Part shown: piece after piece, positions 9,478 to 19,635 of the stretch
Layout of the letters: each line of letters begins with the position of its first letter
Numbering within the stretch: position 1 is the stretch's first letter
DNA from: Candidatus Binatia bacterium
GTDB lineage: Bacteria > Desulfobacterota > Binatia > Bin18
Reading direction: 5' to 3'
Length of the DNA stretch: 48,709 bases
Assembly: GCA_025057295.1 (NCBI GenBank)
Contig: JANWXO010000001.1
Span: forward strand, 1-48,709
Program-made: the position numbers and the translations under genes
The notes under the pieces: model-generated
What the model was told of the DNA's origin: nothing
Database searches by the model: none
The model's input: the letters and a program-made list of their open reading frames with translations, nothing else

Positions 9478-10557
9478 CTATGCAAGGTAGAAGAAGATGG
9501 TAGTAAACACTGCGTCGGCTAAAATGCACAACACAATCGAAGTCACGACCGATGCGGTGGTGTTAATCCCCACTCCTTCCGCTCCTCCACGGACGTAAAA
9601 CCCACGGTAACAGGCGACGAGTCCAATAAGCAGGGCAAACACGCCGCTTTTGACCATCCCGGTGACGAGATCGCTGATCAACAGCGCCTGGGCTGTCTGT
9701 TGCAGGTAGTTCCGGCTCCCCAGACCTAAGATGATCACGCCGATCCAGTATCCCCCGATTATCCCCGCCAGATTGGACAGCACCGTCAGGCACGGGACCG
9801 CGCAGAGCAACGCGAGCACGCGAGGGACGAGGAGAAACCGACCCGGACTCAGCGCCATTGTCCGCATGGCGTCGATCTCTTCTGACACCACCATGGTGCC
9901 CAATTCAGCCGTGATAGCGGCACCGCTGCGGCCAGCGACGATGACCGCGGTAATGAGAGGGGCCATTTCCCGCGTCATCGACACGCCGACGAGGTTGGCG
10001 ATGTAGATGGCCGCGCCGAATTGGCGTAGCTGACTGGCAGCGTTGAGCGCCAGAACCGCGCCGATGAGGAACGAGAGAAAGGTGACGATGGGAACGCCGT
10101 CGACCCCGATCTTGGCTATTTGCTCGAAAGTCCGGTCCCACTTGATGCCCTTGCCGCGCCAGGGCGCGATGAGCGTCCAGTAGGCCAGCTCGCCGATCAG
10201 CTCCAGTAAACGGCGCCCTGCCGCGGCGAATTCGAGGGTCCGCTCGCCCACGCCTTCGAGCGGCGGCAGACGCTCGGCGACGGTGTCGGTGTCCTCGAGG
10301 ACACTAGGAGTGAGGCCAGCAAAGGCACGGCGCGCCTCGGCCGAGAGCCCGGCGAAGCGCACTTCAACCCCTCTGTGCTTCCCTTGTACGACGAGACGTA
10401 ACAGCGCTGCTGCGTCTAAGCTCCGCAGGGTGGAGACCCCGCTGAGATCGACGACCAGGCGCGAACCTGGTTCAGCGCGCTGGACGATCTCTTCGCGGAG
10501 ACGCTCAAGGGCCAACACGCCCGCAGACTGACCTACCAGACGTTCTTCACGTGCCAT
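9478..10557 (-). CDS. MlaE-family ABC permease with an N-terminal STAS (MlaB-like) domain
   Basis: The first ~95 aa look like an anti-sigma-antagonist/STAS fold (LVVDLSGVSTLRSLDAAALLRLV...VRFAGLS). The rest is an MlaE/YrbE permease (GVPIVTFLSFLIGAVLAL...REMAPLITAVIVAGRSGAAITAELGTM). Confidence 0.85.
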   Translation of the reverse strand: MAREERLVGQSAGVLALERLREEIVQRAEPGSRLVVDLSGVSTLRSLDAAALLRLVVQGKHRGVEVRFAGLSAEARRAFAGLTPSVLEDTDTVAERLPPLEGVGERTLEFAAAGRRLLELIGELAYWTLIAPWRGKGIKWDRTFEQIAKIGVDGVPIVTFLSFLIGAVLALNAASQLRQFGAAIYIANLVGVSMTREMAPLITAVIVAGRSGAAITAELGTMVVSEEIDAMRTMALSPGRFLLVPRVLALLCAVPCLTVLSNLAGIIGGYWIGVIILGLGSRNYLQQTAQALLISDLVTGMVKSGVFALLIGLVACYRGFYVRGGAEGVGINTTASVVTSIVLCILADAVFTTIFFYLA

Positions 10558-10750
10558 TCTTCACGCTGCGACAAATCCCGTAGCGCCACATCTGCTTCTA
10601 CATAAAGGGTCTCTCAGCTACTGTAAAGTAACGTGCAGACTGGCTTTTCTGCGCCTGGAGGGATAACCCAGAGACGGTCACCCGATCGGACATTTGCGTC
10701 TTTTGGGCTTTTCTGGTGTTTTTAGCAGAGATTCTGGCTAAGGAGGCTGT

Positions 10751-11785
10751 ATGACTCGCTGGGGGTTGGCCCGTTATAGGAGGAGGGGAGGTCTCCTGGG
10801 ATGCTGTCTCTTGTTTGCTGCCTGCGGAGGCACGCCACCGGATCCGGTCGTACCCCAAACGGAAGAACGTGCGGCTGCTCCGGTTGCGCCTGCGGAAAGC
10901 GCAGATGAAAGCCAGCACGCCCAGCTCCCCGCTTCTCCCTCTGAACCCTCTCTTTCCACTTTCACACAGCCAGGTGCGGTCCTCGCCGGGAGGGAGCTCG
11001 GGATGGTGATCACCGGTGTGGAGACTGGTGGCCCCACTCGCTCGCTGGAAGTCCTCGAAGAGCAGATTCTGGCCTTTCTCCCCCAATTACAGGAGGTGTA
11101 CGAGCAGGAACGCCTGCAGGACGCTGGATTGATGGGCAGTATAGACGTGAGCATGACGATCACCCCGGAGGGCCGGGTTTCTGATCTGCGCTTTCCCCGC
11201 ACCCGGGTGTCGAGCGACAAGCTGGTTGCTGCCGTGTTCGACCGCATGCGCACCTGGACCTTTCCGCCGGCGGAGGGGCGCGTACAACTGCGCTATACCC
11301 TCTTATTCGTGCCGCCAGGAGTGGATCGGGCATCGATTTTTATGTGGGAGAAGCATCTCGGCAGCCGGCTGGTAGTGGATCGCGGTGGAGAGGGGGCTGT
11401 GCCGGTTACGGTAGCGTCGCTCCCCGAACCGGGACAACCTCCGGCTGCGAAGAAGGAGGCGGCAACACCGGGAAAGCCAGCCAAACGACCGCCTCCCCCT
11501 GTGCCATCCCGCTCCCGCGTGGAGAGCGCACAGCGGTGGGAAAGCCCAACGGTATTGGGGTGGTATCGTGTGATCCGCCCGTCGGCACTCTACGCCGCCC
11601 CGCGAGACGCGGCGGATATTATTACACAGTTACGGCCGGGAACGCGGGTGCAGGTGGTCAAGGTGGTGAACGGAGAGTGGCTCGAAGTCCGTTCGGTGAG
11701 TAACCGCCCTCCTGGTTTCCTGCGCCGCAGCAACGCTCGGCCGGTGGCTGAGGTCGGCAGACCCGGAGAAGGCAGTCAATTCTGA
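10751..11785 (+). CDS. Lipoprotein with a TonB-C/AgmX-PglI-like domain and a C-terminal SH3b-like domain
   Basis: Lipobox LLFAAC. GSIDVSMTITPEGRVSDLRF...WTFPPAEGRVQLRYTLLF resembles the AgmX/PglI C-terminal (TonB-like) domain. A Pro/Lys-rich linker follows, then WYRVIRPSALYAAPRDAADIITQLRPGTRVQVVKVVNGEWLEV (SH3b-like). AAGGAGG RBS. Confidence 0.55.
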   Translation: MTRWGLARYRRRGGLLGCCLLFAACGGTPPDPVVPQTEERAAAPVAPAESADESQHAQLPASPSEPSLSTFTQPGAVLAGRELGMVITGVETGGPTRSLEVLEEQILAFLPQLQEVYEQERLQDAGLMGSIDVSMTITPEGRVSDLRFPRTRVSSDKLVAAVFDRMRTWTFPPAEGRVQLRYTLLFVPPGVDRASIFMWEKHLGSRLVVDRGGEGAVPVTVASLPEPGQPPAAKKEAATPGKPAKRPPPPVPSRSRVESAQRWESPTVLGWYRVIRPSALYAAPRDAADIITQLRPGTRVQVVKVVNGEWLEVRSVSNRPPGFLRRSNARPVAEVGRPGEGSQF

Positions 11786-12003
11786 CCTGAGTTCGGCTCG
11801 AGGAACAGAAAGGGTGGGAAGACGCCCTGCGGGCGCCTTCTGCAGCGCTTTACTCCCTCAGCGGCAAGCGCACGCACGGCATCCTCGGTCGCTTCGTCAG
11901 CAGGAAAAAGCTGCGCTCCGCGCTCCTCGCTCTCGCAGTACAAATCCCAGATGGTGCTCAAGCTGTGAGTGAACGAACGGGCGTGCTCGCGATCCCCATC
12001 CAT
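11776..12003 (-). CDS. Small hypothetical protein (75 aa)
   Basis: The ORF starts 19 nt downstream of the aminopeptidase stop on the same strand. No recognisable domain. Weak call. Confidence 0.2.
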   Translation of the reverse strand: MDGDREHARSFTHSLSTIWDLYCESEERGAQLFPADEATEDAVRALAAEGVKRCRRRPQGVFPPFLFLEPNSGQN

Positions 12004-12021
12004 GGCCCTCGTTGTGTGTGG

Positions 12022-14616
12022 TCACTCCTTGCTCCCGCGGGCGAGGTAACTCTCTAGATTTGCCGCTTCCCGCTGCTTGCAGGCGACGGCGACCTGGAGT
12101 TTTTCCAGGTGTTGTTCAATCGTCTTTGCCCCCTGTTTCACCGGATGAGTCGCGAAGAACTCCCGTGCATCGGCTTCGAGAGCGGGGGTGACCAGGGCGG
12201 TAATCCCTTCGCACATACGGGGGATGGAGTTGTCCGGGTACTGCCGTAGCATCTCCTGCCAGTGCTCCTTCATGAAGGCCCACGCCCGCTCACGGCCTTC
12301 TGTGTTCATCAGCAGGGCGCGCATCAGGTAGGGGGCGTTCTGGGTGCGGACCTCGCCGTTCAGGGTCATCTGCAAGGTCTGCTCTATCAGCTCAGGTTGG
12401 CGGAAGCTGGCGAGGGCGAATTGGTAGCGTTGTTCCTCTTGGGGGGTACTGGCGGTCTTGCTCGCCGCGCGATACTCTTCGTACTCCTTTGCGCCGCCCG
12501 TGTAGGCGACGATCGAGACCAGCGCTGGCACGATATTGGGGTCAACAGACTCCCGGTTGGCGCGGTACTGGGCGTAACGAGCGCGCGCCTCTGCCTGCGT
12601 CTCCACGTCGTTGCCTATCGTTCCGAGCGCGCCGAGCAGTTCGCCGCGGAGCTGGCTGATCAATTCAGATTCTCCGGGCTGTGGGCTCCACCCCAGGCGT
12701 TTGGTGACGGGGAGGAGGAGGGTGCGGATAAACGTTTGTAACGCCGGTCGCTGGGTCGGATCGAGCATGCGGTAGAGATAGTGGCAGGAGCCCACGATGG
12801 CCGTCCACACGTTATGATCGGTTTCGTCGCGGAACAGGGTCAGCAGGTCGAGATATTCGACCATGGGGGTGAGACCTGCGACTGCTGCGGCCCAGGTATC
12901 GTTGACCAGATTGAACCGTTCAACCGCAGAGAGGATGTTCTGCAGGCGCGTGGTGAGCTGCTGCCGCAACTCTGGTGTGTACCGGACGCGGTAAAAGCCG
13001 TGTCCGCCGGCGTTGACGACGACCCACGTGGGATCGCCTGAGAGCGGCACCCGCATTTCCCGCTCGGTCAACAGGAGGGTGTGATGCTGGATGGTACCGT
13101 TGACCTGCAGGCGGAGAAAAATCGGCACTTGCCAGAGACGGTCGGAGTCGCTGCCGTCTTGGAGGTAGCGAAAGATCTGTTGTGTCAGGCGTAGCTCGCG
13201 GCCTTCTAGCCCGACAGTGATAAGGGGGTAGCCAGCCTGGAACACCCAGGTGTCCATGAGCGCACGGACCGGTTGGCCCGCAGACTCCTCGATGGCATCC
13301 CACAGATCGGTTGTTTCGGCGTTGCTGTATTGGTGTTTGCGCAGGTACAGGTTGATGCCGGCGCGGAAGGTCTCCGGGCCCAGGTACTGTTCTAACATGC
13401 GCAGCACCGAGGCGCCTTTCTCGTAGGTGAGGATGTCGAACATCCCGGCAGCTTCCTCCGGCAGCCGCACGGGAAACTCGATCGAGCGGGTGCTCTTCAA
13501 CCCGTCGACGAGAAGGGCTGCCGCCCGCGAGACGGCAAAGCTGGTCCACCGCTGCCACTCTGGCTTCCAGTGGTCGACCGCCAGCATTTCCATGAACGTG
13601 GCGAAGGCTTCGTTCAGCCACAGGCCGTTCCACCAGCGCATAGTGACGAGGTCGCCGAACCACATATGCGCATTTTCGTGGGCGACGACGTCGGCAACGC
13701 GTTCCAGTTCGCTGCGTGCCGCGGTCTTTTCGTCGACCAGGAGTGCGGTTTCGCGAAACGTGATGGCTCCCAGGTTTTCCATCGCCCCCGAAGCGAAATC
13801 GGGGATGGCGATCAGATCGAGCTTGTCCCCAGGGTAGGGAAGTCCGTAGTATTGCCTGAAGAAGGCGAGCGAGGCGGCGGCGATCTCGAGGCCGAATTTG
13901 CCCAGGTGGCGTTTGCCCGGCACCGACCAGATGCGAATGGGCGTCCCGTCGACGAAAACCGGGTCGGTGCTTTCGAACTCACCGACAATAAACGCTACCA
14001 GGTACGTCGACATCTTGATCGTCTCGGCAAACACCACCTCCTTCTTGCCCGTGCCGGGCAGCGGTGTTTCCCGGACAATGGCAGTGTTGGAGATGGCTGT
14101 TAGCCCTTCGTCGATCACCAGCGTGGTCTGAAAAACCGCTTTCAGTGCGGGCTCATCCCAGCAGGGAAAGGCGCGGCGCGCATCGGTAGACTCGAACTGG
14201 GTCGACGCCAGGATCTTCTCTTGGCCATCTGGCGTCTTATAGGTACTGCGGTAGAAGCCGTGCAGCTTATCGTTGAGGATACCGGAAAACGTCAGGTGCA
14301 GCCGCCACAGGCCAGGGCGGAGGACGCGCGGAAAATGGAGCACGGCGCGTTCGTTCGCTTCATCCAGGGTCACCGTTCCCGGCAGAGTCTCTTCGTCCCG
14401 GTGGGTGGCCGAGACGGTGTGGATCGTCAATTCGCAGGCGTGCAGGACTACCTGTTGTACCGGCTCGTGCACCTGCACAGAGACCGTTTCTTCCCCTGTG
14501 AAGGTACACCGCTGCAGATCCGGTGTCAGACGGATTTCATACCGTTCCGGGGTGACGGTGGTGGGGAGTAAGTAGGATTGATCTAACACGATCGTTCCGT
14601 GGGTCCGTGTGTCCAT
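12022..14616 (-). CDS. M1 family zinc aminopeptidase (aminopeptidase N-like)
   Basis: GAMENLG exopeptidase motif and HENAHMWFGDLVTMRWWNGLWLNEAFA (HExxH-x18-E). Start trimmed to ATG 14616, which has a GGGAG RBS. 864 aa. Confidence 0.9.
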   Translation of the reverse strand: MDTRTHGTIVLDQSYLLPTTVTPERYEIRLTPDLQRCTFTGEETVSVQVHEPVQQVVLHACELTIHTVSATHRDEETLPGTVTLDEANERAVLHFPRVLRPGLWRLHLTFSGILNDKLHGFYRSTYKTPDGQEKILASTQFESTDARRAFPCWDEPALKAVFQTTLVIDEGLTAISNTAIVRETPLPGTGKKEVVFAETIKMSTYLVAFIVGEFESTDPVFVDGTPIRIWSVPGKRHLGKFGLEIAAASLAFFRQYYGLPYPGDKLDLIAIPDFASGAMENLGAITFRETALLVDEKTAARSELERVADVVAHENAHMWFGDLVTMRWWNGLWLNEAFATFMEMLAVDHWKPEWQRWTSFAVSRAAALLVDGLKSTRSIEFPVRLPEEAAGMFDILTYEKGASVLRMLEQYLGPETFRAGINLYLRKHQYSNAETTDLWDAIEESAGQPVRALMDTWVFQAGYPLITVGLEGRELRLTQQIFRYLQDGSDSDRLWQVPIFLRLQVNGTIQHHTLLLTEREMRVPLSGDPTWVVVNAGGHGFYRVRYTPELRQQLTTRLQNILSAVERFNLVNDTWAAAVAGLTPMVEYLDLLTLFRDETDHNVWTAIVGSCHYLYRMLDPTQRPALQTFIRTLLLPVTKRLGWSPQPGESELISQLRGELLGALGTIGNDVETQAEARARYAQYRANRESVDPNIVPALVSIVAYTGGAKEYEEYRAASKTASTPQEEQRYQFALASFRQPELIEQTLQMTLNGEVRTQNAPYLMRALLMNTEGRERAWAFMKEHWQEMLRQYPDNSIPRMCEGITALVTPALEADAREFFATHPVKQGAKTIEQHLEKLQVAVACKQREAANLESYLARGSKE

Positions 14617-14819
14617 AATCGCTCCCTGGGAAGAAAGTATCGCGGTCAGCGGTGGCTGTACCGCTTGGCGCAAGCACCAGGAATAGCAGAAAACAGGGAC
14701 CCTTGGCAAAGCAGCGAGAAGGGCCTCCATGGCCGAGTTCCTGCGCTCTTCAATTGACCCTGCCCGGCGATCGCGGTATGGAAACAAGAGAGTGTTCTAC
14801 AGGGGACAGCGAGGACGCT

Positions 14820-15143
14820 ATGAGCAACCGGCACGAGTACGATACCGATCTTGACCGTGGGGTCGTCACTGAAACCGAGAAAAAGCTCAAAAAACCACCG
14901 CTCTATAAGGTGTTGTTACACAACGACGATTACACCACGATGGAGTTCGTCGTCTATATTCTTCAGTCGGTCTTTCACCACCCGCTCACGAAGGCGACCC
15001 AGATTATGCTGCACGTGCATCGGAAGGGAATTGGTGTGGCTGGGGTGTATACCTACGAAGTGGCGGAGACCAAGGTGAATCAGGTGCACGAACTGGCTCG
15101 CAAGTACGAATTCCCCTTACGCTGCAGTATGGAAGAAGCCTAA
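14820..15143 (+). CDS. clpS: ATP-dependent Clp protease adaptor ClpS
   Basis: 107 aa. PPLYKVLLHNDDYTTMEFVVYILQSVF...ATQIMLHVHRKGIGVAGVYTYEVAETK is canonical ClpS. Lies directly upstream of clpA. Confidence 0.9.
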   Translation: MSNRHEYDTDLDRGVVTETEKKLKKPPLYKVLLHNDDYTTMEFVVYILQSVFHHPLTKATQIMLHVHRKGIGVAGVYTYEVAETKVNQVHELARKYEFPLRCSMEEA

Positions 15144-15173
15144 GCGGAGGATCAGGATAAGGAGAACGACAGC

Positions 15174-17501
15174 ATGCGACTCAGCCGAGAGTTGGAAATC
15201 TCGCTCACGTTGGCGATCAAAGAGGCCAAACGGCGCCGTCACGAGTATCTGTGTCTAGAGCACGTCTTATACGCTCTGCTCTTCGATGAGGATGTGGCGG
15301 ACATCGTGCGCAACTGTGGGGGGGATGTCAAAGCGTTGCGGCGCGATCTGGAGACCTTTTTCCAGGAGCAGTTGGAACAACTGCCAGAGGGGGAGGAGGT
15401 CGAGCCGGTCCAGACCCTTGGCTTTCAGCGTGTCTTGCAGCGAGCGGCAGCACACGTGCAATCGAGCGGCAAAGATGTGATCGAAGGGCGCAATCTGCTG
15501 GTGGCCTTGTTCCGTGAGGAGAATAGTTATGCCCTGTACCTGTTACAGAAACAGGGGATTACCCGGCTGGATGTGCTCAACTACATTTCTCACGGCATCT
15601 CGAAAATCCCCACCGGGGAAGAGGAGGAGCCGGCCTCGCGGGCCGATGGTGGGGTGGGCGAGGACGATGACGAGCCCCGGCCGGTGCGCAATCCGCTCGA
15701 AGCGTTTGCGGCCAACCTGGTGCAGCGTGCCAAAGAGGGCCTTATCGATCCGCTGATCGGACGCGAAACGGAACTCGAACGTACCATCCACGTCTTGTGC
15801 CGGCGGCGGAAAAATAACCCCATTTATGTCGGGGACTCAGGCGTGGGCAAGACAGCGATCGTCGATGGCCTGGCGCTCAAGATTGCCAAAGGCGAGGTGC
15901 CTGACGCACTCAAAAATGCGGTGATCTATTCTCTCGACATGGGAGCGGTGCTGGCCGGGACGAAGTTTCGCGGCCAGTTTGAAGAGCGTCTCAAAGCGGT
16001 CCTCAACGCGCTCAAGAAACAGCCCAACGCGATTCTCTTTATTGACGAGATTCATACCATTGTCGGCGCCGGTGCCACCAGTGGCGGCTCGATGGACGCG
16101 TCCAATATCTTAAAACCCGCCTTGGCGTCCGGCACTTTGCGGTGTATCGGCGCCACCACCTATCACGAGTATCGCAGTTACTTTGAACGCGACCGGGCTC
16201 TGGCCCGTCGCTTTCAGAAGATCGAGGTGCACGAACCGAGCATCGAGGAGACCGTGCAGATCCTGGAAGGGCTCAAGTCCCACTACGAACAGCATCATGG
16301 TGTCGTCTACACCCCTGAGGCGATCCGTGCGGCAGCGGAGCTGTCGGCCAAGTATATCAACGACCGTTTCCTGCCCGATAAAGCGATCGATGTCATCGAC
16401 GAGGTCGGGGCCTCGTTTAAACTCCGGCCGGCGACGGCAGAGAAAGTGGTGCGTGAAACCGACATCGAGGCGGTCGTGGCCAAGATCGCCCGCATCCCGC
16501 CGCGCAGCGTGTCGGTTTCCGACAAAGAACGGTTGCAGAACCTCGAAGGCGATCTCAAACGGGTCGTGTTTGGACAGGATAAGGCGATCGAGACGGTGGT
16601 GACGGCGATCAAAATGGCGCGTGCCGGTCTGGGCTCACCCGATAAGCCGGTGGGCTCGTTCCTCTTTACCGGCCCTACCGGGGTCGGCAAGACCGAAGTC
16701 GCCAAGCAGCTGGCAGCCACGTTGGGACTGCAGTTTTTGCGCTTCGACATGAGCGAGTACATGGAAAAGCACACCGTCTCGCGCCTGATCGGTGCCCCGC
16801 CGGGGTATGTCGGGTTTGACCAGGGTGGACTCTTAACTGAAGCGATCACCCGCAATCCGCATTCTGTCTTGTTGTTGGACGAGATCGAAAAGGCCCACCC
16901 GGATCTCTTTAACATCCTGCTGCAGGTGATGGACCATGCCACGCTGACTGACAATAACGGCAAGAAAGCCGACTTCCGTCACGTCATTCTGATCATGACG
17001 AGCAACGCGGGAGCGCGCGAGATGGCCACGGCGGCGATCGGGTTCGGCGAGCGCTCGAACGCCAGCAAAGGGCAACAGGCGCTGGAGAAACTCTTCACTC
17101 CGGAATTCCGGAACCGTCTGGACGCGATTGTCACGTTCAACCCCCTGACGCCTGCGGCCGTTGAGCGTGTCGTCGATAAGTTCATGAACGAGCTGGCAGG
17201 GCAACTGCGCGAGCGGGGAGTCACCATCACGCTGACCGCGGCCGCCCGCCGTTATCTGGCCGAGAAAGGCTATGATGCCACCTATGGAGCACGGCCAATG
17301 GCGCGGCTGATCCAGCGCGAGGTCAAGCAGGTACTCGCCGATGAGATTTTGTTCGGCAAATTACAGCATGGTGGAAGGGTGACCATCGATCTCGGCGAGG
17401 ATGGGTTGACGTTCACCTATGGGAGCGAGCAGGTCGAGGAAACAGCCGCGCAAGAAGCCGCGGTGACCAAGAGCAGAGAACCTGCCCTTCTGCAGTCGTG
17501 A
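15174..17501 (+). CDS. clpA: ATP-dependent Clp protease ATP-binding subunit ClpA
   Basis: Clp N-domain plus two AAA+ modules (GDSGVGKT and GPTGVGKT Walker A motifs), with no ClpB-type middle domain. 775 aa. Confidence 0.95.
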   Translation: MRLSRELEISLTLAIKEAKRRRHEYLCLEHVLYALLFDEDVADIVRNCGGDVKALRRDLETFFQEQLEQLPEGEEVEPVQTLGFQRVLQRAAAHVQSSGKDVIEGRNLLVALFREENSYALYLLQKQGITRLDVLNYISHGISKIPTGEEEEPASRADGGVGEDDDEPRPVRNPLEAFAANLVQRAKEGLIDPLIGRETELERTIHVLCRRRKNNPIYVGDSGVGKTAIVDGLALKIAKGEVPDALKNAVIYSLDMGAVLAGTKFRGQFEERLKAVLNALKKQPNAILFIDEIHTIVGAGATSGGSMDASNILKPALASGTLRCIGATTYHEYRSYFERDRALARRFQKIEVHEPSIEETVQILEGLKSHYEQHHGVVYTPEAIRAAAELSAKYINDRFLPDKAIDVIDEVGASFKLRPATAEKVVRETDIEAVVAKIARIPPRSVSVSDKERLQNLEGDLKRVVFGQDKAIETVVTAIKMARAGLGSPDKPVGSFLFTGPTGVGKTEVAKQLAATLGLQFLRFDMSEYMEKHTVSRLIGAPPGYVGFDQGGLLTEAITRNPHSVLLLDEIEKAHPDLFNILLQVMDHATLTDNNGKKADFRHVILIMTSNAGAREMATAAIGFGERSNASKGQQALEKLFTPEFRNRLDAIVTFNPLTPAAVERVVDKFMNELAGQLRERGVTITLTAAARRYLAEKGYDATYGARPMARLIQREVKQVLADEILFGKLQHGGRVTIDLGEDGLTFTYGSEQVEETAAQEAAVTKSREPALLQS

Positions 17502-17532
17502 CACATCTTGAGGCGACCGAGGGAAGCGAGGC

Positions 17533-18789
17533 TCATTTGCCGTACAGCATCAGCCCGGCGACGCTGAAACGGTGAGGGTTGAGGGGGTGGTTGGTGAGAG
17601 CCCGGTGGGTCTGGAAGATCGAAGCGCGCTGCCGCTGGTAATCAATCGAGGTCTGCGAAGCGATCTGGGGAGTCCACACGGGGTTCTGCCAGGGGTTGAA
17701 CTGGGGGTGGAAGTAGGTCATCAAAAAGGTGCGTTTATGATTGCCTGCCAGGTCGTAGGCGAACGCGCACAGCGTCGCCCAGGTTTGCAGATCGATATAG
17801 AGCACGCGACGGCTATACATCGGGTGTGACCCCTTGGGCCGTGCTTCGACCACTACCACCCGACGCAGTTCCCACGGATCCACCGGATACCAGTTGCCAC
17901 GCCCTCCCCATCTCGATTCCGGCGCCTGAATCGGGCCGGGGACCAGGAGAACTTGCTCCCCGAGATAGCGCCATTCATAGGCGTGGATATAGCCGGCAAA
18001 GCCGCTCCGATCCTCCATCAACAGCTCGCCTCCCCCACCGGCCTGATAGGGGTTGTCCACCAGCTTGCGTGTCCGTCGGGTCCGCACGTCGTAGAGCCAC
18101 ACAACCTCGGAGAGGGTGTCGTTGGTGAAGCTGTAAGAAAGCGTCTGGTTGCCTTCGACGTCAGATGGGGCGAGCGTGCGCACGTATGTCTTGGAATAGA
18201 CGCCCTCTTGTTCCCACTGCGGCAGATTGCGCTCGGGCTGGGGCCGGTGGGTGCCGAAGAAAAGAGCGATGTAGAGACGATCTGCCCGCTCGACAGTTCC
18301 GTTGCTGGTACGGTGCTCGGTGCTCGGCCAAAACTGCACGGTATCGCCACGGTCCCGATAGCGGTGGTTCCAGGCAGCTTTTTCGCCTGCGCGAGGATCG
18401 TTCGGGTCGAGGAGAGGGAAGGGCAACCCGGCGACATAGTGTTGCAGTTCCCCGTCACCCAGCTCGACGTGGGCAGAGTGTGCCACGGTGGCTTGGATAT
18501 ACTCGTCCCGCAGTGGCATATCCGTCGTGTCTTGTACGGTAATAGCGAAGTCTCCTGCCTGCAGGTGGGTGAGGAGCTCTGCGGGGAGCACGGGTGCGGC
18601 AACATGAGCGTTGGTGGCATCAATGGTCATGCCGGGGACGATTCCCTCCACCCTCACTGGTCCCTGACGGTATGGGTAAAAGACGGCGCGGATCTGCTCG
18701 TCTCGGGAGGGGCGGTGTGTGTCTGCTCCTGCCGGCGACGCGTGTAGGGTGCACACATAGGCCACAAGAAGAAGGATGGTAGAGCGCAT
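17533..18789 (-). CDS. DUF1329 (LolA-like, outer-membrane lipoprotein-sorting-like) domain protein
   Basis: Signal peptide MRSTILLLVAYVCTLHASPAGA. GLPFPLLDPNDPRAGEKAAWNHRYRDRGD and the C-terminal YSRRVLYIDLQTW block resemble DUF1329. Start trimmed to ATG 18789 (GAGGA RBS). Confidence 0.6.
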   Translation of the reverse strand: MRSTILLLVAYVCTLHASPAGADTHRPSRDEQIRAVFYPYRQGPVRVEGIVPGMTIDATNAHVAAPVLPAELLTHLQAGDFAITVQDTTDMPLRDEYIQATVAHSAHVELGDGELQHYVAGLPFPLLDPNDPRAGEKAAWNHRYRDRGDTVQFWPSTEHRTSNGTVERADRLYIALFFGTHRPQPERNLPQWEQEGVYSKTYVRTLAPSDVEGNQTLSYSFTNDTLSEVVWLYDVRTRRTRKLVDNPYQAGGGGELLMEDRSGFAGYIHAYEWRYLGEQVLLVPGPIQAPESRWGGRGNWYPVDPWELRRVVVVEARPKGSHPMYSRRVLYIDLQTWATLCAFAYDLAGNHKRTFLMTYFHPQFNPWQNPVWTPQIASQTSIDYQRQRASIFQTHRALTNHPLNPHRFSVAGLMLYGK

Positions 18790-19080
18790 CACTTGCTTTC
18801 CTCTTCTTAAGATCCATCCGCGCACGATGGCTCACCTGTAGTGTGGGAGTGCACGGCCAACACGGCAACTGTGGCACGTTGCCGGCAGGCTGGCAAGAGC
18901 ACATGTGGGCGGCTCCCGCGGTGACGGTCGCTTCCTCGCGCCGGCCGTCGTTGATCCACAAGGGCTGCTGTGTCAGTGTAGCGTGGCGCCTGGGCGACTC
19001 ATAGCGGTGAGGGTTGGGGAAGTTTGTGGGTGTGCTACAGGCAGGAATTTCTCCTTTTGGTCTAGTCAGGAGGGAGCGCT

Positions 19081-19605
19081 ATGGCAGAATTCGCGTTTGT
19101 GTCTCACGTGCCTATCGCGGAGAACCGCTACCGTGAGCGGTACGGCCTCGACTTTGAAGACTTTGCCGTCGGGCAGATCTTCAAGCACCGCCCGGGGCTG
19201 ACCATCTCGCAGCAGGACAACGTGGAAGCCGCACTCGATACATTAAATCAGGCGATGCTCCATTTCGACGCTCACTATGCCGCACAGACCGAGTGGAAGC
19301 GACCCTTAGTGGTGAGCACCTTGACCTTGCACCGCCTGATCGGCTTGACCTGGAAGACCTTTAACAAGCGACTGCGGATTCTTGGCTGGGCCGATATCAG
19401 TATGACCCATCCAGTATTCGGTGGCGATACGCTCTACGCGGAGAGCGAGATCAAGGCCACGTACGACGACGGCGATCCCCGCTGTGGACGCCTGACAGTG
19501 ATCACCAGAGGCATCAACCAAGATGGCATCGTGGTGTGTTCCATGGAGTACGATATCCTGGTGTACAAACGGGCCGCAGTGCCGTTCGCCCAGGCAAACT
19601 ACTGA
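19081..19605 (+). CDS. MaoC-family (hot-dog fold) acyl dehydratase, paralog 1
   Basis: FEDFAVGQIFKHRPGLTISQQDN...HFDAHYA...GGDTLYAESEI. 174 aa. AGGAGGGAG RBS. Confidence 0.8.
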   Translation: MAEFAFVSHVPIAENRYRERYGLDFEDFAVGQIFKHRPGLTISQQDNVEAALDTLNQAMLHFDAHYAAQTEWKRPLVVSTLTLHRLIGLTWKTFNKRLRILGWADISMTHPVFGGDTLYAESEIKATYDDGDPRCGRLTVITRGINQDGIVVCSMEYDILVYKRAAVPFAQANY

Positions 19606-19635
19606 TGCACGAACGAACAGCAGCAGGGACTCTCT

